A DNA stretch of 51,947 nt, filler included, from Bipalium vagum (GCA_037834085.1; 3 parts of 3 records of this genome joined end to end with filler, not necessarily neighbours in it); one strand, 5' to 3'; positions 37,551 through 50,247 are shown, numbered from the whole stretch's first letter. Made by a program: numbers and translations. The notes: generated by a model not told the origin, from the sequence alone.

Positions 37551-38869
37551 TTGATATATTACTTTTAAAATTATTTTCATTTTTAAAGGTTTAACTTTTT
37601 CTTAATTAATATTATTATTGGTAGTAGTAATACTATATTATTACTATTAATCTTGTTATTATTATTCACAGTCTTTTCTTTGCGATTTGTACCTTTGGCA
37701 AACGCAACAAACTATTCATTTTATTAATTGTTATTTTCATAATTTTCAAGTTCCAATAAATCTCCTTTAATTATTTTATTTTGATTTTAACATATTTTCT
37801 TTAATAATTCTTTAATTTCATTTTTTGCAATTTTTTAAAGTCTCTTAATCTTTTTAAAATAGAATTTTTAAACTCCTTTCTATAAAAAGGGTCATAATAA
37901 AGTCCCGCTTCACTTGCTATGTTTTTTGGTTTTAGTCTTTCCACTTCAATTTCCAACTTTTTTCTCTAATTCTTTCTTTTCTTTATTTTTTTTTATCTTT
38001 TTTGTCTTTTTCTTTCGCGAAGCTCATTGATTTTTTTTAGATAAGTAATGACTTTACCATTAAAAGTTATGTACTTTAATTTCCATAAATCAATAATATT
38101 TTTTATTTTTCTTCAATAATCTCTGTCATTTTAAAGGAAAAAAATACTAAAAAATACTTATTTTTTTGCTTGTATATATGCATATAAAAATTTGATGAAA
38201 AATGGTGTTGCGAATTTATGAAAAAATAAAAGGCTTCATAAAAATACGACATAATCTGAAAAAATAACAAAAGAACGATAGAAAAACTATGAATAGAAAA
38301 TTAAAACAAAAGGGCAATAAAAAAATTTTCAAATACTCAAGAAATCTAAGAAAGATACATCCTTTTTTTTAAAAAAAAAAGAGGAAATTTAAAACCACCT
38401 GTTATAAATAATGGATTATTAAACAATTTTTCAGCAAGAAATATCCAGAAGAATTAACTTGAAAATCTTTAAATCATTTTAATACAAAAATGCATCGCAC
38501 CAATTTACCGGTCAAATGGGCTCGAGTGGAGTTTTTATAGAAGTCTGCTATTACTTTTAAAGTCAAGTTGTTCAGCTAAAAATGGAGTTTAGAAAAAGTA
38601 AAAAATGTGAAATTATAAGATAGCTGAATATTTTATAAATAATCTTTAAAATAAAAAAAATCTTCAAATTGCGAGAAAACCTTAAAGTTTTTCTCTACTA
38701 CTTCATCAGAGAAATCTTTTGGAGAATCTCAGATAATGACCGATCTCGATAGTAAATTCGAAAAATATAGGTAAAACCTCATGTAGGTACTCTGACTATG
38801 GGCAATACGCAGATAAGCTCCTAAGTTCTTTATGATTAAAATATAGAGAAAATTTAGAGACTAAAGGGA

Positions 38870-40930
38870 GATGGACATGAGAAATATAATCAATTTTAAT
38901 GATTGTTTAAGATATAGTCCAGCTTGAATAGAAATACACTTACTCATATATGTAAACAAGATTCTATTCAAATAAATAGAATTAATCAAGCAGCAATGAA
39001 ACATGGTGTAAAATATCTTTCGAAAAATTTACAAAATCGTCATGTTGCCCATGCTAAAATAAACAATATTCGAAATCCAACCCAAAAAGAAAAACTTGAA
39101 AGAGCTTTAGTAAAATAAACGATGAAGAAAGAGGTTAGAATTACCAGAAATTTTAAAATCAATTGTAACAGAAGAACTAGTTGAAAAATCCCAAGTATTA
39201 AAACCAGAAAATAGAAAATAATTAGCAAATGAACTTCATAAAGAACTCAGAAAAACTATGCATTTTTTAAAATTAGGGTCTTTAATAAAGATGATATTTG
39301 GAAAGGTGATTTAATATTTGTTCCAGGGGAAAAGGAATACAAAATAATTCAGACATGAACAGATTTTTACACAAGATATGCTTTTGCTAAACATTTTTCT
39401 CTTATATTTTCTATAAAATCAGATGAAATAAAAATATTTAATTTCGTGTAATATACTCTTTTAAGTTCTTAAAGTTCCTATAATCTAAAAATATTTAAGT
39501 CTTCATCTAAATTTTGTAATTGTTTTAAAACTAAATCAAAATTATTTTAAGAGAGCTATATTCCTTTAATAATAATTCATTTACTTGATTAAAGTTTTCT
39601 CCTTGAATATAATCATAAGGATAAATTACTTTCTTGGATTAATATTCATTTAATATCTCGTGTTTAGATTTATCTTTCAATATTTTTGGTATTTTTTCAA
39701 TTAACATGGTAGTATCCATCATTCTGAATAAATCTATAAATTTGATATTTTTAAAGTTAATAGTAAAATAAATTTCAACAGTAAATATATTTATAATTAT
39801 ATTTTTTATTTGATAAGGAAATTTCTTTATATCTGTAAAGAATAAATGGAAATCATATTTACTTCCATTATAAAAATAGCATAAAATGATAGTTTTAATA
39901 CTTTTGTTTGTATTCCTTACTATACATGATAAATCATTCGGTAGAAAGCCACAATTTAGGGTCAAGTTGTTTAAATATATCAATTAATTATTTATTTTAT
40001 TCATAAAATTTTATCAATTTAAATTTTTTACATTTTCATATGCAGTGCAACTTCTAATTTTGGACCAATTTCTGAAATGGACCACTTCTATAATCAGACC
40101 AAACTCCATATTTGGACGAATAATTTGTACTTATCATATTTCTCGATATTTTCATATAAAAAATAATTCTCGGTCCAAAAATTACAATAATTTGTTTTAA
40201 ACTTTAATAACTTTTTTAAAATTTCAATAATTTGTTTAAAAATTTAATAATTTGTCTTAATAATATTTTGGTATATAACATTTTCAAAATCAGGAATGAG
40301 TAAAAAATTATCATATGAAGATAAATATAATTGGACTTATTGTTTTTTTTAATTTCTATTATTACATCCATACAAGTTCATATAAAACATGTTTTATAGC
40401 CTTTTTATGTCTTAACTTCTAATATTGGACCAACTTCTATTTTTGAATCACTTTTGAAATTTTGTGGTCCAAAATAGAAGTTGCACTGTACATATTTAAG
40501 TAAATTATTTTTAGAAATAATAAGACTCCAAAGCAAAGTAGATGGCGATGCACAAAGAGATATTTTTTAGATATTTTTTAATTTATAAAGATAGTATTTT
40601 TGAAATTTATATATTTAAACAACTTGACCCTAAATTGTGGTTTCCTACCAAGTGGCCTATGAATCCAGTTTTGGTTTGAAAATTTCTTCTACAGATTTCA
40701 CATTTAAATTTCATATTTTGGTCTCTTTTTAATTGGGTGTTTTTTATATACTTTATGTACTTATGGATGTTGGATATGATATATAAGTAGTATATAAATG
40801 GATGAAAAGTGGTACTGCTTTTTTCGTTGTCTTTGTTCTTTACTTTTTTAAATGTTTCACTGTATCTTTATGACGATTTTTAGTTTTTAGAGGTTAAAAT
40901 TTGAAATACCGTTGCTCATTACATTTTTAA
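38870..40930. mobile_element. Degenerate Polinton/Maverick (adintovirus-like) relic
   Basis: Plus strand: PLA2-like 'INRINQAAMKHGVKY...RHVAH' (38924-39118) and integrase N-terminus 'LANELHK..RK..IRVFNKDDIWKGDL...DFYTRYAFA' (39222-39390). Minus strand: protein-primed PolB motifs 'YNGSKYDFHLF', 'KFIDLFRMM', 'RKVIYPYDYI', 'SDFIENIREKC' (39390-39983). Confidence 0.75.
40043..40488. mobile_element. pogo/Tigger-type MITE (446 bp)
   Basis: TIRs cagtgcaacttctaattttggacca / tggtccaaaatagaagttgcactg|TA, with several internal 'tggacca(a)cttcta'-like subterminal repeats. Confidence 0.85.
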
Positions 40931-42224
40931 GAAAATAAATTGAAAAAATGGATAAAAATGATTAAACCTAAGTTTCATAAAAAACTTTATAGTTGGGTGC
41001 AGTCTCAACTATCCATGCTTACCTTAAAAGAAATAGCTTACTTCTCTGAATAAACTATTTCAAAACGATCACCAGCTTTGGGACCCTGTTCCACGATCGA
41101 AACCCTTTACAAATTGTAATCCAGTACATGTTTTTTATTTTAGCTAGATAATTAATACGCTGTATCACTTATTGCTCTCATGCTACTGCATTTCGAACGT
41201 CTTTTATTATTGAACGTTTCAAAGCGATTCCAAATAAATATCTGATTTCAAGAAACTACTAGGTAAACATAACTTTCGACTAGTTTTTCTCATAACAACG
41301 AAAATACATTCTAATTTCGCGAAAAATCATTTTTTTATGTGAAAGATCTGTCTAGAATTTAATTACGAAACAAATGTTCATTTTAATGAATTATTTTCAT
41401 TTACTTAAAATAAATTGAGCATCTTTGTAGTTTTAAAATATGTTCTTATACACAAAATATATTTGATAGCATTATGTCTTAGGTTTATAGGATTTTTATT
41501 AATCAAATGAGACTATACGGAAAAATTTAACTGGGTGTGATTTATATTATAAATACTCACTATCATCTTTAAATCACTTTCAGTCCTTACCAACTGCTTT
41601 TTAAACTTAAAGGCGGGCTTCTATCACTTAGCTTTACGTTATTTATTACATGACTTCATGTTGAAAAAATCCAAAAATGTAGTGTAGAATATAATATATG
41701 AGAGTTTGCTTTCTTTGGAATATTTTTTATCAGGCTCCATTTTCCTGCTTATAATATGAAACATTTAATTTTAGTCTTGGAGTCAGAAAAATTAACTTTG
41801 AAAATTGATAAGTAAATAAAATAATTAAATAATTAAATCCCATAAAGAATATTTTATAAAATCTGAAAGTACTTGACGTAGTTTAATTAAGTGAAACTTC
41901 AGCCTTAGTTTTCTGATTAAAGTATTTTAAGAATTTGTTAATAAAGAAATCTAATTTAAATGAAAAAAATAATTTTAGCTATCAAATGAATTAATGTTTA
42001 CTTATAAAGCAATTAATATTTTAAATATTCGTAACTTTAATAATTAAATTAATAATTAACCCAAAAATTCATAAAATAACTAATATTAGTAATAAAAGAA
42101 GAACTTTAATAGTAAGGGTTTTTCAGGATATAGTTTTTGTAAAAATGATTTTCTTAATAATTTGTTTTAGTAATCAACATAATAAACTATTTTTCAATTT
42201 TTCGATATTAATTAGTCTAGTATT

Positions 42225-45200
42225 ATGGACGGTGGATTTTTTAAAGTAAATTAATTAGAATCAATCACTAATTTAAAAAAATTAAGGGTACAACTACTGA
42301 ACAAGATTCAAGATTTTCTGATAAGCAGTCGAAATTAATGCGTCAGATGAAATTCAGTGATATTTTGGAAAACAAGATTGATATGTCAAAAGTTGATCTT
42401 AAAATAATTAAACCATGGATTAATAAACGTCTTACTGAACTATTAGGATTTGATGACGATGTGGTTGTCGCCTATGTGTTTAATCAATTAGAAACAAAAG
42501 TAATGACATTCTTAAACTTATTCAAATCGTTAAATAACATTCGTCACTGTTTTAGCACCCGAACCCAAAAGAAATTCAAGTGAATTTGACAGGATTTTTA
42601 AATGCGAAAAATTCCCGTATGTTTTTAGCCGAGCTTTGGGAAATTTTGCTTTCCGCTTCTTTAACCGATAAAGGCGTGCCTTTAAATATGATTGAGGCTC
42701 AATTGATGGAATTGAAAAATATCGAGGTTGGAATATATAATACAGATAAAGATGTTCACCGTATAAGTATTAATATTAGACGAGACCGTAATCTTTTCAA
42801 ACAAAAAAAAATATCGATTGGTAATTCAATAAAATTAAGTAAAATCAATAATGAAAAATACTGTTTTTACTGCACTAATATTAATCATAATTTTTTCTGT
42901 TATATATTATTATTGGTAAAGAATGTCCATAAATTTATTCTATTCTATTTAGTCAATTAAACATCACACGTTGGACGATAATTTAAATCTATTGTTATGT
43001 GTTTGGATATCGATTTTACAGTAATCTCCCCGTAGCCTTTATCAATTGCCTGGTTTAAATTTGGTAAATTATTATTATCATCATTATTGTAAACGAAATG
43101 AAAATAGAAAAATCAATAACAAAAATCGATTAAGTATAAAAATATATCTATTACCGAATAGGCTTACATTTTGTTTGAACATTCAGATCTCATTGTATGA
43201 GCTGGACGATTTGAGCTTATTTGTCAATTTGGCTAATCAATGAAAAAAAGACCGGGGGGACCAGGTGAGTTTGATTGGCCTAAAATAGCTCTATTAATTT
43301 ATTAATATTATTGATTTATCGCCTCTTCTATAAAAACAGTATTTTTATAAAATTGTCTCTCACTCTCTTTCGGTCTTTATATTTGTGGTATATGTGTAAA
43401 AATCGATAATATCAATACTATTCGGTGAGCATCTTTATCGGGATATTCTCTTTTTTCGAAGATGTGTTTTGATGTCGGATTTCAAGGATGACGAAGCGAA
43501 AATAAAGAGTCAGTTGGAAGATGAGACTGCTAGATATGTCAAAATGTTAAAATCGGAACCGGTCGATACAAAGGAACGGGAACCGAGGAAACGGGAAAAT
43601 GAATTGGTAGTGGATTCGGTGAAGAATAATTCCAAAGAAATGACCTCGGTGACAACAACTATCACCACGACGACCACAAACAATTCCCCGCAGAATAAAG
43701 ATGATCGATATCGTCGGAGGGCCGCCAATGACAAGCGAAATTCACCACAATCGCGACACAGATCCACAAGCTATACTCGACAGAAAGAGACAATTAAGCA
43801 CGGTGAAATAAGGAATTCCAAGGAAAGGGTCGACAGGAAACGATCAAGAAGTCGCAGATCGAACGGGAGGAAAAGATCTGGTAGTCGTCGATCAATAGAA
43901 AGAAAACCAGTGGTGATTCGAGGGTCACCAGATCGTGGAGTGAATCGTCGAAGAGAAAATTCAGTTTGTAGATTTCTCTAAATTATTTTGATTTTTACTT
44001 ATGATTTAAGAGAGACCGATATCAGAGCAAAAAGGAGAATCGATCTCCAATAAAATTGGATGATAAGTTGGTTTTGATTTGTTGATTTTTTTATAAAAAT
44101 TTATATCGCAAAATAGCAATCGAAATCGGCGAGAACGTTCAGAGCAAAAGAAGAAGGCCAGGGTTTCCAATGAAAAGGAAATGAAAAACATATTGAATTT
44201 AGATTACCGGGAGAACTCGGAGGAGGTGGTAGTATCAAATCAGGACTTGACCCATAACGAAAAACGGAAAAGAAACCGTGACAAGAGCAACGACAGTCGA
44301 CGAGATCGAAGACGAAACGACAAGTCACGACGCAGCCGTAGTGGCGTTGTAGACAACAAGAGAGATGGAGGCGCTCGAACGAACGAACATGAACAGCGGA
44401 GTCGAAGAACGCGACGAAGTCGAAGCGCCAGATCCAAGAATGCTGTTGATTTGAATCGATTATCGAGACGGGAAAACAGAACGTCAGAACAAGCCAGAAA
44501 AAACAGAGATAATTCTTCAAAAGATAAAACGGCCGTGGAAAAAAGGAGTCATAGAGATGATGGGAACAAGGAAAAGAAATGGGAGCCAGAAGAAATTGTG
44601 AAAGAGAAATGGGATAATGAATCGGAAAGTCCAAAAGCTGTGACGCCAAGAAAGGAACACACGGAACGAACCAAACGATATCCGTCTGGTGGTGAATCGC
44701 CAAAAGGTCGAAGAACGGGAAAGGAAGACCGACGACGAAAGCGATTTAATTCTTCAAATTCGTCGGAAGAGATTTTGAAAAAACACAAAATCGGATCGAT
44801 GTATGCCGACAGAATGAATGAAGATAAAAATCGAATTAAAAAAGAGTTGGTTAAAGTAAAGGAAACGAGAACAGAAACGAAAAGTTATCGACGAGAAAGA
44901 GTGAATTCATCGGAAGATCGATTACATGAGGTGGAAAGAAGAAAAGAAAGAAATGAACGACACGAGAGAATAGAGAAAAGTGATTTGAAAAGAAGAGATA
45001 GATCCAATAGAAGTAGATCACGTTCAGCTAGGCCTGATAAAAGCGTCAAACAGCGAACAAATGACAGGAACTTGATAAAGAAACGTACCGTCTCATCATC
45101 GAGTAGCAGTAGCAGCAGTTCTGACTCGTCGGATAGCAGTTCATCAGGTTCATCAGGTTCATCGTCTGATAGCAGCTCTTCATCGAGCTCTTCTTCTGAT

Positions 45201-45391
45201 GAAGAAAAGCCAATTAAGAAACGACACTCGGTTGAAATGGAATCAACAAAGGTTTCGATTTTAAAAATTATTTAAAGCTCAAATTAATTAATTTTTTTTT
45301 CTAGGAAAAAAATTGTGAAGACAGTTTTTTGAAGGAAGAAGAAATACGTTTAAGACAGAAAGCATTGGAGTCTTTACTTAGACGTAAATAA
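42225..45391 (+). CDS. SRRM1: Serine/arginine repetitive matrix protein 1 (SRm160), PWI domain plus RS-rich region, about 719 aa
   Basis: Exons 42225-42245, 42287-42499, 42556-42726, 43487-43963 (acceptor provisional), 44011-44066, 44117-45251 and 45305-45391 join in frame. Motifs: 'MDGGFFKGTTTEQDSRFSDKQ', 'IKPWINKRLTELLGFDDDVV', 'QVNLTGFL', RS dipeptides and C-terminal 'LRQKALESL'. Confidence 0.93.
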
Positions 45392-45809
45392 TCATACTGT
45401 ATTTATTTAATACAGTGATTTATTGACTGTTTCAATATTTAATTGTAAATGAAAATTTCAAGTTTTAGAATTTGTCTTCATTTAAAAAAAATAAATGTAT
45501 ATATCTGAATTTTCTTTGTTTTGTTTTTTATTTATATATACGTATTAATTTTTTAAATTTTATAATAAATATTAAAATAATGAGTTTGTTTAAATTAATC
45601 AAAATTATAAGTTTTTTGCTTATGTCCGCACCTATAATAAAAAAGTTAAATTGCAAATTAATCTTATTCAAATAATATCTTTGTGTCATTTTAATATCGT
45701 TTTGTATTTTTAAGTTTTATTTAGTAATTTTTTTAATAATATTCATATTGGTTTATTGGTTTTAGTTCTATTGAGTCAAACTATTTTTTAATACAGATGC
45801 TATCATACT

Positions 45810-48800
45810 ATGGCTGGAATTGGACAGTAATCGTTTTATTGAGATGTTTTATTATTGAGAATTTTTCATAGAAGTAGTGTACCTTCAAGTGATCAATCTA
45901 CACCTTGGAATTCTTCACAGTAAGTTATCTATTTTATATTCGTTTGTATGAATTGTACAACCATTTAGATTTAACATGGGAAGATCAGGATCTATTGATA
46001 ATCATTCTTCTATTCAAACTAAATATTATTCTATGACCGATAAACGAGTAAGTATGAAATGTTTTTCATTTTCACTGAAAAGTTCTAATCGAGGCATAAA
46101 GTTTCTTTATCGTCTTCTTGGACTTAGTTTATAAAGAAATTAAATTTTATTTAACTTCAATTATCATTGAACTTTATTTTTTTAAAATTTCGTATCACTA
46201 GAATGGTAATAACACTACATAGTCATCAATATTCTGTTATATCCATATTACGGGATCGCTTTCAAATTTTTTTTCCATTAAAAAATATTAATGGCAAATA
46301 AATCAAAGAATAATTAATTTTCACACTTATTGATTAAAAAAATTTTTAATCGTAAATATTTAAATAAATATTGATAATTTTTTTTTGTTAAGATGATTAT
46401 TACACATTACTTTGTTCTCAAAATGTTTATCAAAACTTATAAAATGTGTTTATTAAATTATTATTGATTATTTTTTTGTCAAATATTTTTTGCTATTTAA
46501 TTATTGATTGTTAAAAGTATGATTTTATATAAATTAAGTTTAAAAAAGTACAAGGTTACCTCATTAGTGGTAAATTAAACCGACCAAATTAATTCTTCAT
46601 ATAATTAGGAATAATATATTGTTTTTCGATCAATTAACATTGATTTTTTGTTTAGTGTGACTGTAGGCTGTGGATTTTAGATAAAATATTTTTCTAGGGT
46701 ATTCATTTCTAACAAAGTTCAAATTGATTATTATAAACCAGACACAATTCATTACCTGAAATGGATCAATAAGTGTCTTTATTTAAAATTTTTTTTGAAA
46801 TTGAGCGTAATTTAAATTATTTTTTATACTAATTTGTCTATATATAGAATTTAAATAATAAAAAGTAAAGTTTTGTTTAAACTAATATAATTGAAACTTG
46901 ATCAGTATCTATTTATTGATTGATTTCTCACTTTAAAGCCTTTCTCCGACCAGAGATTGATATCAGAAGAGAACGGAGCTCTACCACAAAATATGTATCA
47001 ACAATTTAATCGTCAACAACAGCAACAACAAACAGGATTCTTGTCGTCAAACACCATGTCCAATGACAAGAGCTACATTTCCAATTTGCAAAGCAATATG
47101 AACCTGTCCAGCATCGGCAATGCAATGAATTATAACATGTATTCGAGAAATATCAACGATTCCACTCTTTACCAGCCCAACAATCTTGATGTTTCGTCTT
47201 CTCAATCTAAGCAGGGATTCAGTTCGAATTCTTCCCGTATGGGTGGTGGGTTACCGCAATATATGGAGAATTCGCTGTCCAACCATTCATATCTTTCTCC
47301 AACACCGTACCGGACAATCAGCGGCGGTAACATGATCCCCACCAGTAGTGCTCTTTTTAATGGTCAAAATATCTCCTCAAAAAGTCGTACCGGTACCACC
47401 TACAACTTCGAATCAAACTCTGCCTCACTCGCCGGCCAGTGGGATACACAAATCGGAAATTTCGACAGCGCCGATTTTCCTTGTCTCAACAAACCAAAAC
47501 TGACAGCGTCTCAGCAGTTGTCTCAAATGTCAGGGAACTACAACTACAATCTCCAGAACAAATCTGGTGGTCCAATCAATTACCAGCAAATGGTGATGAA
47601 AACGGGATCCAATATAACACCAGGCGGCGGGGGTGGCAGTGGTGGAGAGCATTCGAACGAGTTTTCCATTCAACAGGAAGACTTTCCTGCACTTCCTGTC
47701 GCCCAGTCTCAAACTAGTTCCACCATGTTGCGGCCTACTGGTTATGGGAACAATAATCTGTTGGATCCCATTGAATTGCAAAAGCTTCAAAACACCTATT
47801 ATGATATGCAGCTCCAAGACTCGTCGTCGACGCTCGTTCAACCTTCTTCCGTATCTTCATCGTCCATATCGTCATCGAATAACAGTTCACAGCCGAACAA
47901 ATCGATACAAAAGAAGATCATCAAAGGGCCAAACAATTACATAACCAATATTCCCAGTGACATGGTATCTGATGCTTTCGGCTTGATAGGACTGGTGAAA
48001 TTGATCGGCATTAATGATACTCACGAAAATCTGAATCTGTTAGCTCCTGGTGTCGATACGTTGAGTTTGAACAGGGAATTGAGTAGTACCAGGTATTTTT
48101 ATTTTAAAATTTATTTTGTGCAACAATAGTGCAAAAAGTATTTTCTCATTCTGTTTATAAATTTTTCAGTTTGAAAGAACATTTGTCATAATGTAGCGTG
48201 ACTGGTGATTGTAAAGTGCTGTTGGTAATGTAATGCAGACTTAAAAATAATTCTAATCGAAAATAAATTTAATTTCATTTAAAAACCATAATTTCCTAGC
48301 ATTCTTTAAAAAATTTGTATATTAAATGTTCAATTTATTTTTATTTTGTTTTAATATTCAATTTTAAGTTGTAAATTCAAAATTATTTTTTAAACGATAA
48401 AATTTATTTAGACTAATTAATTTAAATTATATTATATTTAATTAATTTTCTGTAAACAGGTAATGAAATGGATAAAGTAAAAACTTATTTCTAGTAATTT
48501 TTAATAATGTATCTTTCTGAAATTTAAATTAAATTGAGTTTTAAAATCAATTAATAAATTCAGTTTATTTGACTTGAAAGTTTGTTGTAATGTTTGTATA
48601 GTAAATTTCAATATTTCTTTTCGACAATTATATATTGGTTCGAATGGTAATAGGGACATCTTTCACTCTTATGTGTCACCATTGAATTCAAATTGTGCGG
48701 GAAGACCTCATGACATGGATTATCCTGTTCCGAAGGAATACAGAGTTCGTCATTTAATCTTGGACAAACTGGCCGATCCTTTACCGGAAAAGCTATCTGA

Positions 48801-49398
48801 CGAGACTTTGTTTTGGATTTTCTATAATTTGACCGGAGAAGAGTGTCAAACAACTGCCGCCAAACAACTGATGGCCCGTCAATGGAGGTACAACAAACGG
48901 GACAAATATTGGCTCACGCGCGATTCCAAAGGAGTGACGGACTCAATTGTCCAATCAAACCTAGAACGTGGAAGTTACATTGTTTGGGATCACGAAAAAT
49001 CGCAACGTGTCAGTAAACTCCTCACAGTCTACTACAAGGATTTGGAAAGTATTACTCCTGCTAACACAAAGTCCTCGTTTCCATTCTGCTACAACTCGCC
49101 GTTCCTCAAACGATCTTCGGTCAATAACTCGATCATACCCTCTTCTCAAATGCCAACTTCCGGTGGCGGTCGACCAAGTGCTAAAAATATGACAGCATTT
49201 CTGCAACAGAGCAGTCCAGCCGATTCCCGATTGCTGAATCTGGTAGCGTCGTCCCATAGCTTTCCGCCTATTATCGACCAGATAACGCCAACATCGTCCC
49301 AGATTCGAGTGCAAATCAATAACCATGCTCCTATTATGGGTGTTGCAGTCTCCCAGCAACAGCAGCAACAACAACAGCAACAACAATCTACTCAATAG
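45810..49398 (+). CDS. CNOT2: CCR4-NOT subunit 2 (NOT2/Regena), about 680 aa
   Basis: Exons 45810-45826, 45872-45919, 45969-46047, 46939-48092 and 48654-49398 join in frame (the first three are less certain). Motifs: 'DFPCL', 'FSIQQEDFPALP', 'IPSDMVSDAFGLIGL', and NOT box 'ETLFWIFY..AAKQL..RQWRYNK..YWL..ERGSYIVWD'. Confidence 0.88.
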
Positions 49399-50247
49399 TA
49401 TCAGTTTTTTGCAATTTGCATCTCTATCAGCCTTGCAATGACTGTGTTAATTTTAATAAATATTAAGAAGATTAGATTCTCTCGATACAGTTGTTGTTAC
49501 ATTAATGAGAGACACGATGATGATGATGTGTTGATCGATAATTATTGATGCTTATTTCGACCATGTTCTTATTTCAAGGACTTTTCCTTATCTTCTCAAA
49601 TTTTTAAATATCCGTTCTGGTGTGATATAATAGTTTGCGATTTTATTTCTTTCAATAGTTTTATCCACAGTAAAAGGGCGAGATTGATAAAAAAAATAAG
49701 AGAGAAAGAGACGGAACTTCGGTGGTGATTATTTTCTCTAACAAAGTGTTGTAATTGGATTTTTTGCAGTGTTGCTTCGGCTGATATATTTGTAAAGTGC
49801 TATGGGATATATTTTGTGTCTACGTTCTAAGTTAAATATAATTGCGGAAAATTTGATTAATTTATTGTTTTACGTGTCCAAAACTATGTAGTCGTGTAAA
49901 CAATATTATTTGAATTTGTGCCTGAATATTATTTTAAAGAGTTACTAAATTAATGAAGAATGGCTTCAATTTAAGCTTGTGAAAGTGATGATCTTAAAAT
50001 TAAAATAAAATTTTAATTAACAAAAGAAAAACTTTTTTCAATTTAAACTAGCAAGTAATAAATAAAATATATTAACTCAGCAAATTTTAGGTATAAACTG
50101 AAATGAAATTATTTTCTTATAATACTTCATGTCATGAATGTTAAAAGAAATGCAATAAATAAGAAATCAAAAACTCTGAAAAGCATAAGAATAAAAATTT
50201 ATAACAAAAAAAAAATTCAAATGTTCGATTTGAGAATGATAATCATA

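Noticed and set aside
43510-44788. Antisense ORFs over SRRM1 (up to 200 aa)
   Set aside because: Shadow frames of purine-rich, low-complexity RS coding sequence.
45396-45416. 8-bp hairpin just after the SRRM1 stop codon
   Set aside because: A short AT-rich stem that is plausible by chance.
47439-49395. Alternative-frame and antisense ORFs over CNOT2
   Set aside because: Expected by-products of higher-GC exons; no motifs were recognised.
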